From Eledone cirrhosa (Eukaryota): a DNA stretch of 64,000 nt. A program made the translations under genes and the position numbers. Under the pieces are notes generated by a model. That model had not been told where the DNA came from. It saw only the letters and a list, made by a program, of their open reading frames with translations, and made no database searches. Location: the NCBI GenBank assembly GCA_964016885.1, contig OZ024749.1, forward strand, positions 9,858,001-9,922,000. The letters run 5' to 3'. This document shows positions 23,485-35,104 of the stretch, piece by piece; the stretch's first letter is position 1, and every line of letters begins with the position of its first letter.

Positions 23485-23560
23485 TATTTGCCAATCTAGC
23501 TGACTGGCTGATTGGTCTAACTGTCTAACTTACAACAGTTGAGGTCACGCCGAGGTAACG
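23485..23560 (-). promoter_or_regulatory. Putative proximal promoter of the TP53I3-like gene with two oppositely oriented CCAAT boxes
   Basis: CCAAT at 23491-23495 (+) and ATTGG at 23511-23515 (GACCAATCAG on the gene strand, an NF-Y-like consensus), directly upstream of the putative first exon in non-repetitive sequence. Confidence 0.45.
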
Positions 23561-25218
23561 GGTATTATTATTGAGTTCAAAACAGAGTTATTTCCCTTCC
23601 ATTATCTCACTGTCACGTTTTCTCTTCTCGTCTTGTTTTCGCCTATTTATACCTGAGAAGATCGTGGTAGGGCAGAGTCCTCAAACACTCCCTTCAGCGG
23701 GTCCTTTCAGAAACAACCCTCTCCAACTATTCCGGCTGGATCCCCCAAGCGTGACCAACCAAGCTCATGTTAATTAGAAAATACTGGGAATTAATTGCAA
23801 ACTATTTTTTTCTATCCTGCCTATGGTGTTTGGGACGTTTAGGGGAGCTGTGCTGCTAACAACCAATTTCTTGTAATCGTTGACGGCTCACTTTACCGAG
23901 ATATCCGGGGATACCCATGAGAGAGAGTGCTTGGTTGTTCTAGTTTTCTTAGCCACTCCATCACCTGCGGAAATACTATCAGTGTGAGGCTCCGGCTCCC
24001 CATATTTTTGTGTGTGACCGATTGACACTCATTGTTTAGTGTTGAAACTACATTTTCCATCCTCTGGCATTCGAGACGTTTGTGGGAGTCGGGGCGCTGA
24101 CTGCGAGGTTCTTATCTTCACTGGTGGCTCGCCTAACAGAGGTAACTGGTGATGCTTGTGAGGGTGCTTGGCTGTTTCAGCACATCAGCCTCGCCATCAC
24201 CCGAGGTAACGCTGCGAGTGTGCTGACTTGTCTCAAAAATTATTAGAGAATTTTTCCAATGTTGCTCGTGACATTATCTTCTGATCTAGCAGTGGTTTGT
24301 TTGCCCACCCCTTTCGCCTGCCTTTTGTTCCTGTATGTTATCAATTACCACCTTCTACAAAACTAATTTCTCTCCACGTACTAAAGTTTTCTTGTTTTCT
24401 ATTATAATTCCTTCTAAACATTATTGGAAAATAAATTATTTTATTAATGTTTTTTTTTTGTTTTGATTTTATATTTGTTGTTATTTTTCTTCGTTTTTTT
24501 TTATACTCTACATATACGAAAGAAATGTAGTATTTTTTCTTCATTTTTCCCCCTTCCTTCCTCTTATCACTCTTTCCTTTCTATTTATCTTCTATTTCTA
24601 ACTCTATCTTCTGGTGAAGGACTAGTGTCCGAATCGTTAAGACTCTCTTTCTGCTATTGCAAGCGTTAAACTAATATATTTCTTTCATATACTGTGCCAT
24701 TTGTTTTGTTATTTCTGTTACCTTTTACACACACACACATATATATATGTATGTATATATGTGTATATATATGTGTGTGTGTGTGTCAGCTGAAAAGTTC
24801 ATAGGGTGACCAAGATAATCTCGTGGAATGAGGAAATAAGGTTTATTTTTAGTCCCTGCATACATATGTATGTACGTAAATACATACATAAACCCTGCGG
24901 TGACAAATGGCCATGAGATTTGCACCTAGAAAGTTCCCCACTGAGGCACAAGTCCGGACAAGGTTGTTTGTGGAAGACCAGTAGTCACCCATACATACCA
25001 GTCTCTCCTCCCCACGCCACCGATGTTGTCCAAGGGAAAGGCAATGTCCGATGCAGCTTGGCACCAGAGACGTGACAACACATTTCTACAGCTGAGTAAA
25101 CTGGAGCAATGTGAAATAAAGTGTCTTGCTCAAGAAGACAATGCAAAAACCGGTCCGAGAATCGAACACACAACCTCTCAGTTGTAAGCGCGACACTCTA
25201 ACCACTGAGACATGTGCC

Positions 25219-25313
<95 letters not shown>

Positions 25314-26347
25314 ATAGATACATTAACAGGGAAAGCGATGTTAAATGATGATCATACATTATATTTACATCAACTCTGGGATTGTGAAAAATATGAGTTG
25401 ACCTCAAAAAGATCTAAGTGCACTCTAACGAGGTCATCCGAGACAAGATAAGTTGTTGTTATCTGAATTCATAGAGTACACAGGGGAACTTATTAAACAG
25501 TAATAATATTGATTTCTAACATAGGCACAAGGCCAGCAATTTTAGTGGGGTGGGGTACCCAGTCCTTAACTAATACTTTATTTTATCAACCTCAGAAGGG
25601 TTAAAGGTAAAGTTGACCTCAGCAGGATTTTAACTCAACTCAGAACATAGTGAGTCGTAACTAAATACCTTCCTCTTCTTCTTCTTCTTCTTCTTCGTTG
25701 TGCTGGTGCCTTCACAGTTGGATAATCTTATTATTATTGCTGGGAGGGTTGTGGGGGCAGCCCTCGAACACTCCTTCAAGCAGGTCCTGTCTAAACACAC
25801 AAAACATTTTGTCTGATGCTCCACTAACTCTGCCAATAAACACAGTAATGATAATAATGTATGTATGGAGCCATAACCTCCCCCCCCCCCTAACTAGGAG
25901 TTTTAAGCCCAGCAGAGCCCCTCCCTCCCCCCTCCAGTCTGAACACATCTAGTTTCTTCCAGAGAAAGAGAGAGAGTATCTGTATGATAGAGAAGGAGTG
26001 AGGAAAAGATAGATAGAAAGAAATGCCCCCAGTACTTAACTGGTACCTTGAACTGAGAGAGCTGGAACAAATACTGTAAAACATTCTATCTGATGTTCTA
26101 GCAACTTGCTCAATTCACAATTTAGTGCATTGTTTCTCCATTTCTTATTTATTAGTATTTAGTCCAGTAGTGCTTGCAATTTATTGAGATACGTGAAGTT
26201 CATTAACCTATTTGTTTGTTGTATTGAAATTCAGGTTTATCAGTCCACAATCTGTTGCCAAAGGAGGGCCTGGCCATTTCTTGATAAAAACAAAAATATT
26301 CTGATTCCGCGTCTCCAACTTTATTGTTAAAACCAGCCGCTATCTGT

Positions 26348-26922
26348 GTTTTTTTTTTACAAGTAAAAATATTTATTTACAACTTTGCCTCTTAATCCGT
26401 ATGGGGAGCAAATGGGGTCCCACGTGCTGGCCTCCCCACGGGCTCGGAGGACAGGATGGTAGGGGAGATGCGCTGGAAGAGCCATTCCAACTCGCGAGGT
26501 TCACACCTGCAGCTGGCCAGCTCAGCACCTATGGTGGTAAGTAGGGAGGTAGCCCTAGGGCCAAGGACACCAGAAGTCTCCACTGCCAAGGGCGCAACCG
26601 CAAATCTGTCAGAGATCGATCGGTACTTGGAAAGTTTGGCCTCCTCAGCCCGACGTGCAGCAGAACCTGGGCTAGTCGCAGACTGCACCAGGTTGCGGCT
26701 GGAGAAAGTGTCGCAAGTGGCATCCCAGACGAGGGGTTTGCCACCGCGGAACGGGAAGAAGGTCATAACATTTGGCCTTTTGCCGTCCCCTCGGTCCAGC
26801 CCCACTGGGTCGAGTTGGGAGGAGAAGCCTGCAGCGTCCAAGCCATGCTTAATGATCTCGTTGAGGGCAGCATGGTATGGGAGGCGGCTGACACTGTGGC
26901 GACAGGAAAGTGGGTGGAGTCC
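26348..26922 (-). mobile_element. 3' end of a non-LTR retrotransposon with a restriction-like endonuclease (CRE-like)
   Basis: Minus strand encodes GLHPLSCRHSVSRLPYHAALNEIIK (knuckle remnant), then DGKRP(N)V.TFFPFRGGKPLVWDATC.DTF...AEEAKLSKY...PLAVETSGVLG...WLFQRIS. AATAAA and a poly(A) tail at 26348-26377; locally high GC. Confidence 0.8.
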
Positions 26923-27714
26923 TTAGTAATAATTATTTCTAAGTTAGGCACAATGGTGGTGGGGGAATCAAATGTCTGAGAGGTCGACTATGTAGGGGGT
27001 AGACTAGGTGGGGGGAGAATAGGTGAGAAGAAACTAGATGGGTGTGGGGAAGGCTAGGTTGAGGGGTGGAGGAAGTCAAATAATGTTGGGAGATGATTAG
27101 GTGAGCCAATAGATTGTGAGGAGGTGGGCTATGGAAGAGGACAGCCTAAATTTCATTACCACTTTCTGCTATTTACAACCATCTTCCTTATGCATGTTTC
27201 ATCCTGCTTTTGTAAGGGACTCTGTAAAGTGGTTGGTGTTAGGAAGGGTATCCAGCTATAGAATACCAGCCAGAAACAGTCCTATATGAGCAAGACACAG
27301 TCACCCGATCCAACTTGCCCCTAAATGGGACTAACCCGTCTAACCCATGCTAGCGTGGAAGATAGACATTAACCGATGATGATGATGATAGTGCTTTGTT
27401 GTTCATGCACACTACTTTTACACAACCATTGGAGTATGTTTGTCTCATTTCTATCCAGTTTTTGAAAATCCTGTGTTCAAATCCCAAACCTTCTGTGTTG
27501 CACCACAGTTCCCACACAGGCATCATACAGTCCGCCTTTTACTCAGAAAGAGAGAACATCTTTATAACCATCAGAGGTAGTAGCTCCCTGAACTTTTTCC
27601 ACCTGGTTCTCACACTGGTTACTGTACTTTCAAAATATCCACTTCTACTAATTGTCTTACCTAGGTAGCATAACTGAACTATTTCTAGAAAGACAAAGTA
27701 AAACCTACTACAGT

Positions 27715-28077
27715 CAGTAGGCATCTCTAACAAAATACACCCCCTTCCCACCACCCCACCCCGTCCACACCGCCCCTTTCAATGTAAAGTTATGTTGGTG
27801 CCACAAAATCCAGGCCGAAACAAATGAGATTGTGTAGGTGTCACGACAAAAAAACACACAGTCCACGCTGTAATGTGGCCGTGTAGGCAACACGGTAAAA
27901 ACCTCCCAGCCCCACACTGTAAATGTGGTTGGTGTTAGGAAGGGCATCCAACTGTAGAAAACCCGCCAGACAGTCCTATGCGAGCAAGACAACCACTCTT
28001 GCCTCAAGTGGGAAAACTCCCGTCCAAACCCATGCAAGCGTGGAACATGGACGTTAAACGATGATGATGATGATGAC
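27715..28077 (+). mobile_element. RTE LINE 3'UTR copy
   Basis: Reverse complement of 14105-14470; (gat)n tail. Confidence 0.85.
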
Positions 28078-28189
28078 ATCTGAGTATTTTATAGAACTTG
28101 TTATGTGTACTCTCTTGCTGCTTACTGCTCTAGTGCATCAGTTGACTACCTGGCCCTCATAAACCATTCATCTACCCCCTAGTTTTCAA

Positions 28190-28620
28190 AAAGCCCATCA
28201 GATTACAGAGCAGAGTTCTCTGTTGAAAGTTTTCTTCAGGTCAGTGAATGCTTGGTAGAGAAGTTTGTTGTTAACCAAGTAGCTCTACTGTAGTTGTCTC
28301 GTGAGAGAGATGGCATCAGTAGAACCTCTCCCAGGGACAAAGCCAGACTGCATCTCATCCAAGTTATTTCTATTTCTAACGAGTTGTATTATAACTTCTT
28401 CAGTAAATTTCATGACCCCATCCATCAACTTGATGTCTCAATAGTTACCTGTCCCCAGTGAATCTCCATTACCCTAGTAGCAGTTGATAAGGTGAGTACT
28501 ACACCAGTCATTGGGTATAACTCCATCCTGTATTACTGGATTTACTATGTGTATGACATGAGATCCACCATCCCAGATGTTTTCAACATTTTAGCAACTA
28601 TACCCCATCTTCATGTTACT
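28190..28620 (-). mobile_element. Old RTE LINE RT fragment
   Basis: The reverse complement resembles 53280-53620 (PNDWCS..INCY.G.GD, DEMQSGFVPGRGSTDAI). Confidence 0.7.
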
Positions 28621-29027
28621 TTTCTTTCTTTTTCTGAAAGTCCCAAATAAGACATGAAGCCATTTAGTGTAAAATACTATGAAGAAGGAGAAGACGAAAG
28701 GAATGAATTTACTTTAGACTTGAAAGAGTTTAGGTGATAAGAAGGAAGAAAACAATGAGATGAAAGAGAGTTCCAAAGTCTGGTAGTTCAAGGAGGAAAA
28801 AATCTACAACCATAGAAAGACTTTCTTATTCGTGGAACTACAACATCATCCAGATGAACTCACTGAGTTTTGAGTTAGTTGAGATGGCACAACATGATCT
28901 GAAACCAAAGAAAACGTTTATCAGAGCTTCTCATGTGGTAGTAACGATATGAAAGACTAAGACTGGCAACATTACATGATTTGACAAGAGTTGCAGAGTT
29001 GAAGCTAGAGAGCGACTAATAAAATTA

Positions 29028-29213
29028 GGCGGTGGATTGGCAGTATCGGTAGAGGGTAGGACGCCATGCTTTCCAGCATAGTTACGTCTCTTTACGATCT
29101 GAGTTCAAATCCCGCCGAGGTTGACTTTGCCTTTCATCCTTACGGGGTCGATAAAATAAAGTACCAGTAATGAACTGGGTAATTGCTGGCCTTGTGCCTA
29201 AAGTAGAAACAAA
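29028..29213 (+). mobile_element. tRNA-derived SINE (family B); further copies at about 1795-1985(-), 15527-15710(+), 15958-16118(-), 16200-16355(+), 16535-16718(+), 16882-17072(-), 22660-22756(+), 25510-25670(-), 32380-32568(-), 37635-37720(-), 39000-39175(+), 39957-40175(+), 57930-58260(+)
   Basis: A box TGGCAGTATCGG, B box GAGTTCAAATC, conserved centre actttgcctttcatccttacggggtcgataaaataaagtaccagt, tail ggccttgtgcctaaagtagaaac. Confidence 0.85.
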
Positions 29214-30035
29214 TAAAATTAGGGACTCACTTCAAATCCTTGGTTGCCTTACCTACTATACTATGGCTAACATGGATGGCCATTCCCTGTTTTAGATCTA
29301 CTCGAGGTAGCTGCTCCTCCTTCCATGCATTTTCTCTTCATTTAACTGTCTCTCATAATGGCATTTTCACTTCAGTATCAGTGAGGGCAAACATGCCACA
29401 GTCATTTTGGAGAAATCTCTCCCCAACATCTTGATTTTCCTTAGCACACTGCCTTGCAAGCCAAAACACCTCACACCTTTGGTTCTCACAGTATAAAACC
29501 TATATAAACTTCTTACTGTCTGCTTCATCCCTGGCTAAAAGCCCCTGGTGCCTAGCTTCTTTCTTTACTTATTGGTATTGCTTTCTACTTTCCCCATTCT
29601 TCCAGTCCTTCTATGCCATTTTCTTAACTTTAATTGCCTCGTTCGCCCTACTATTCAACCATATATGCATGCATACATACATACTCATTCACATACATGC
29701 ATATATATACATGCACACACATACATACACACACATACATACATACACATATATACACACACATGCATACACACACATACACTCACATACATACATCAGA
29801 CAATAATGCCTGAGGATCCTGAAAAACCGGCAAGAGACCCAGGGGTAGACCCTGAGCAAGATGGTTGGATAACATCCATGAGCTTGGCTGGTCATGCTTG
29901 GGGATCCAACCATATGAGTTGGAGATGGTTGCTTCTGACAAGACCCACTGGAAGGAGTGTTTGAGGACTCTACCCCCACGAGCCTCTCAGAAATAAGTGG
30001 GTGAAGAAGACATGTATATATATATATATGCATAT

Positions 30036-30069
<34 letters not shown>

Positions 30070-30072
<3 letters not shown>

Positions 30073-30440
30073 ACGAAAGCAATGTGGTAAGGAACCAGGT
30101 GGACCATAACGCACCAAAGTACTCAATACTTAGGGTAGTAGAGTGGGTAATAGGAACGAGTAGGACCCCGACGGCTGAGCTCAAGCCGTCGGGGTCCTAC
30201 TCGTTCCTATAGATATATATAGAAATATAGGAACATGTATGACCCACCCCCAACGGCAGAGCTCAAGCCATTTCGACGGCTATTTCTGGACTGAAATAGT
30301 CCAGAAATAGCCGTCGAAATGGCTTGAGCTCTGCCGTTGGGGTCATACGTGTTCCTATTACCCACTCTACTACCCTAAGTATTGAGTACTCTGGTGCGTT
30401 ACGGTCCATCTGGTTCCTTACCACACCTCCTTCGTTATAT
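30070..30440. mobile_element. Two oppositely oriented copies of a short hairpin-headed element (Penelope-like terminal repeat type) in (TA)n
   Basis: 30072-30210 (-) and 30228-30436 (+) share the tail ...cctattacccactctactaccctaagtattgagtact...ttcgtt, and each begins with an inverted duplication of its own head. Confidence 0.55.
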
Positions 30441-31642
30441 ATATATATATATATATATATGATGGACCCTCCCGTCTACATCCGACTTATGAGTGTCCAA
30501 CAAAAGTTAAATGTGAGAAAGTGAACTGATGTTGAACTACTCAGACAAAGTTTTGTTTTAAGTGGTGAAGTCTTGTGTAGGACCAACCACACTTTTTGGA
30601 ACTGACGACATATGTCTTCTGTGCAAATGTTTGCCACGGAAAATACGACAGCCCTCAGCTTTTTATGCCTTGGAGTTTAACCTCTCCGTATGAAAAAAAA
30701 ATACTATTTGGATGGCTCTTGACTCTGCTGAGTTCCTCCACCTTTTGCCAAGTTTTGTACTTCATCCAGCAGGGTGTCCAAATATCACCCTCCTCACCAA
30801 GCATATATATATACACACACACGCACAAACTTGCAGCACACACTCATGCATATATATATATATATATAGGGATGAGAAAGAGGAAAAGAGAAAGGTGAAA
30901 AACATGGTAAGAGAGAGGAAGAGAGAGAGAATAAAAGAAGGTTAGAAAAAGAGAATCAACATGGGTTACAGTAGGATTATATAAAATGCCCCGAGTACAG
31001 TTACTCACACAAACACATGCAAACATATATACGCTCATACACGCACATATAGACACTTACAAACACCAACACACACACACACACTGGCACAGACACACAC
31101 ACACAAGTAATTGTCGTCTGTTGAGATCACGTTTCTACGAAGTTTACGTTTTCATTTTACTCTTTTTTCATTAGCAATGTTCTATAACAGAATTGTGAAC
31201 ATGATTCGATTAAATAAGTTATTATTTCTTTGTCTGGTTTTATTCAACAATTTATTTTGTTCAAAATATTTTTCGCTGGTCGAGCGACCAAATAGAAACT
31301 TGGTCGTTGTAGTAAAACTTTTAAACCAATTCAAGTAACAAAGGGAAAGTATTCGTGCAGACCTTGTTGTGTATGTACCAAGATTTACTTCCCTTGGGCT
31401 ATAAAATTGACCAGATTGCTGTGACATATTGTTAAGGTGATTTCCCCTTTACTGTAGTAAATATTGCACTATTACTAACATTCCGACGATGATTTCATAG
31501 TTTCACTCTAGTTTATGAAGATACGATACACGCCGCTAATCTCTCCCGTTGTTGTCCGTTGCTCTACCGACTGAAATATTTATGTAATGTTCTGAATATG
31601 TGGTGATATCGTTACTTTAATCCGATTGATATATATATATAT

Positions 31643-31833
31643 ATAGGAACAAGTAAGACCCCGACGGCTGAGCTCAAGCCGTTTCGACGGCTAATTCTGA
31701 GATTAGCCGTCGAAACGGCTTGAGCTTAGCCGTCGGGGTTTTACTTGTTCCTATTACCCACTCTACTACCCTAAGTATTGAGTACTTTGGTGCGTTATGG
31801 TCCACCTGGTTCCTTACCACATTTCCTTCGTTA
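31643..31833 (+). mobile_element. Third copy of the hairpin-headed element
   Basis: Same tail as the 30070-30440 copies; ~50-bp inverted arms; (TA)n on both sides. Confidence 0.55.
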
Positions 31834-32294
31834 TATATATATATATATGCGTAGAAATATCCATGATCCCCAGCAGACAACTAATGAAGGAAAATTTTCT
31901 CCCGTTCGTGTTTTCCTCTTATTTATAAGTACACCTTATCCAGCAACTACACAGCCCCTGTTTCTTCCGATGATTTGATCAGGCAAACACTGTATTTAAG
32001 GTCTAGTCATACAACTTAGAGTGATTAGCGGCCTTTAAACATACCTAATCAATGAAACAATTGTTAATACTGTAAATAAAACCCTTTTTGTACAGCTGAC
32101 CATGTTATTCTTCAATTTTTCACTATATATATATATATATATATATATTAAATTAAATAACAGGAGACTGGACGGATGTAAATCCTTGAAAGGTTTATTA
32201 TACTATGATCATTTCAATGACCGGGTTCCATATGAATCCGGTGATATGTATTGGAATATAACAAAAGAATATGTAAAAAACCATGGATCCGAAA

Positions 32295-32332
<38 letters not shown>

Positions 32333-32574
32333 AAACGGTAAACAGAAATAACAACACAATCGGTACAGTATATAATAATAATTATTTCTACATTTGGCAC
32401 AAGGCCAGCAATTACCCAGTACATTACTGGTACTTTATTTTATCGACCCCGTAAGGATGAAAGGCAAAGTTAACCTCGGCGGGATTTGAACTTAGACTGT
32501 AAAGGGACGTAACTATGCTAGAAAGCATGGCGTCCAACCCTCTACCGATACTGCCAATTCACCGCCCTCTATAT

Positions 32575-34090
32575 AATAATAATAATGAAAATATTGTTTA
32601 CAGTGCTCAGGTGCACTACAACTCATCAAAAGTGTATGTATAGTACATAGGGTAACGTACAAACGTCAGGAAAATGAACAGTGCATGAGTCATGATATAT
32701 ACATGTGTGCACGTGTATGGAAAGGGTACATCAGGTGTAGTTTTGGCGAATGCAGTGTCTCGGCAGCTAACAACTGATGCAGGCAGTTTTTTCCATGCTT
32801 CAGCAACTCTAAGCGTGAAAAAATGTTTCCGAAAGTCATGGGAGCTGTGCTGTTTTCTTATTTTGAAGGCATGTCCACGTGTGTTAGACACATGGAGATC
32901 AAAAAGGTGCTCAGGGTTGTTGTTGGTGAGATGGTTAATAACTTTGTGGGTATTTACCAAGTCCATTGCCAGACGTCGGAGCTTCAATGAATCCATGCCC
33001 AGGGAAGCAAGGCGTTCAGAGTATGGTAGGTGTCTGGTGGAGGGTATGCGCTTGGTTGCACGTCTCTGAACAGTTTCCAGGAGGTCAATGATCTGAGCAA
33101 GATAGGGGTTCCAGACTGATGATGCGAATTCCATCATGGTCGTACCATAGCTGTATACAGCTTTAAATAGATGGCGGGAGAGCAGCTAACAAAGGTCTTG
33201 CTGAGTGATGCCAAGACACCCTCGGCCATCTTGACAATCTTAGAGACATGCTTTGTCCAACGCAAATCGCTGCTGACAGTAATGCCCAGGTCACGTTCAC
33301 AAGAGGACTTCTTGATATCAGTGTTGTGGAGGGAGTATGTGGACGCTGGATTTTTCCTCCCAAAATGCATGGTGGTACACTTGTCCGCAGCCAGCTTCAG
33401 TTGCCAGTCTGTGATCCATTGCTGCATTGTGTCCTGGTCTGATTGTAGGAAATAGTTGTAGATTTCAGGATCAGTCCTTTTGATTTCAAGGTACAGCTTG
33501 ATGTCATCTGCATATTTCAGTACCGTGGCATTCTTTAAGTTGGCATCTATGTCATTAATACATGCCACAAACAAAAGGGGACCAAGAACAGATCCCTGTG
33601 GTTCACCAGATGACATCTCATATGGTGAAGAATGCTGTCCTAGAACCGTGACTACCTCTTTTTGGCTGAGAATGAAGGATTTCAACCAGTTAAAAAGATC
33701 ATCCCTCACACCCGTTGCAGAGAGTTTCGCCATAAGTCTTTTGTGTGGCACAGAATTAAAAGCCTTAGCGAAGTCAAGGTAAACAACATCCATCCATGAG
33801 CCGCTGTCAGTGATCCGGGTAATGTCTTCAAGGAACTCGATAAGCTGATCACAGCAGCTGGAATTAGGGATAAATCCAAATTTCGAGGGCCGGATGAGGC
33901 TGTGAGAGCTCCAGAAGTTCCAAAGTGTTTCTCTGACACAGGATTCCATCAGTTTGGCAATACAGCTAGTAAGACTGACTGGACAATAGTTGACAGGTGA
34001 CGTGCGGTCGCCCTTTTTGAACAGGGGAATGACACTGGCAGTTTTCCACTGCTCCAGAGTAGCACCATTGTTGAGACAGTATTGAAAGAA
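32575..34090 (-). mobile_element. CR1-clade LINE, RT domain plus 3' end with (ATT)n tail
   Basis: ORFs 33134-33949 and 32616-33137: YLDFAKAFNSVPH, SGEPQGSVLGPLLF, KYADDIKLY, ERDLGITVSSDL, TRGHAFKI..RKHFFTLRV. A frameshift separates them. Confidence 0.92.
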
Positions 34091-34474
34091 GAAAGAAAGC
34101 TAGTGCAAAATGGAAGGGATATATTAGGTTAACGCTTGATATAGCAGGAAGAGGGTCTTAACGTTTCGAAAAAAGAATGAGAAATAAGATAGATTGAGGG
34201 GACGGGCGGGATGGAATTGGAAAAAAATGTCTTTAGATAAAAATAACAGGTCCATTCATGTTGACATCTCTTGCAAAACTGTTGGTGCTGGAGTTATATA
34301 TATATGTCTTTCTCTTCCGCTTCCTCTATCAGTTTCTCTCCATCTCTATCCTTTTTTACTTTCTTACCCCTCTGTCTCTCCTTCTCACTCCCTCTCTCTT
34401 ACCTTTTCCCCCCCTTCTTTCTCCCTCTCTCTAATCTTCTCTCTCTCTCCTCCCCCCTCTCTCCCCTTTTTAAA

Positions 34475-34978
34475 TAATAATAATAATAATAAAAATAACA
34501 ATAATGAAATTATTGTGTACAGTGCTCAGGTGCACTACAACTCATCAAAGCTACATATATAGTACATTGAATAATATACAAATGTCAGGAAAGGGAATAG
34601 TGTAATGAGTCAGGATATACATGTGTTCGTGTGTATGGAAGGGTGACATCAGGTGAAGTGTTGGCGAATCTCAGAAAGAATGGAGGTTGTAAAGGATGCA
34701 GTGTCTCGACAGCTAACAACTGATACAGGTAGTTTGTTCCATGCTTCAGCAACTCTGAGCATGAAGAAATGTTTCCAAAAGTCATGGGAGCTGTGCTGTT
34801 TTCTGACTTTGTAGGCATGTCCACGTGTGTTAGTCTCATGGAATTCAAAATGGTGCTCAGGATTGTTGTTGGGAAGATGGTTAATAATTTTGTGGGTGTC
34901 TACTGAGTCAGTTGCCGGAGGTTGGAGCTTCAATGTATCCATGCCACGGGAAGCAAGGCGTTCAGAGTATGGTAGGTA
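34475..34978 (-). mobile_element. CR1-clade LINE 3' end
   Basis: TRGHAYKVRKQHSSHDFWKHFFMLRVAEAWNKLP; shared 3'UTR and (att)n tail. Confidence 0.88.
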
Positions 34979-35104
34979 CATAGAGGAACAGTCAACCTGG
35001 TTAGAATTAACAATGAATATAGTGAAGAATTTAGCTACAAGTAGGTGTTCACTAAGGTCTCATCCTCAGGCTCCTCCTGTTTATTATTGTCCTACAGGCT
35101 ATAA

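Noticed and set aside
23461-23600. p53-responsive (TGYCC)n microsatellite or Nrf2 ARE in the PIG3 promoter
   Set aside because: No TGYCC array is present, and tgactggct does not fit TGACnnnGC.
26955-27140. G-rich tract as a functional G-quadruplex
   Set aside because: Irregular G-runs with long loops in an intergenic low-complexity segment; nothing supports a function.
32195-32260. Additional hammerheads at about 32200 (-), 2790 (-), 5405 (+), 22530-22580 (-), 37445 (-) and 43500 (+)
   Set aside because: Only the GAAA/palindrome/NUH half survives, or the CUGAnGA box is mutated. Counted as decayed remnants, not intact motifs.
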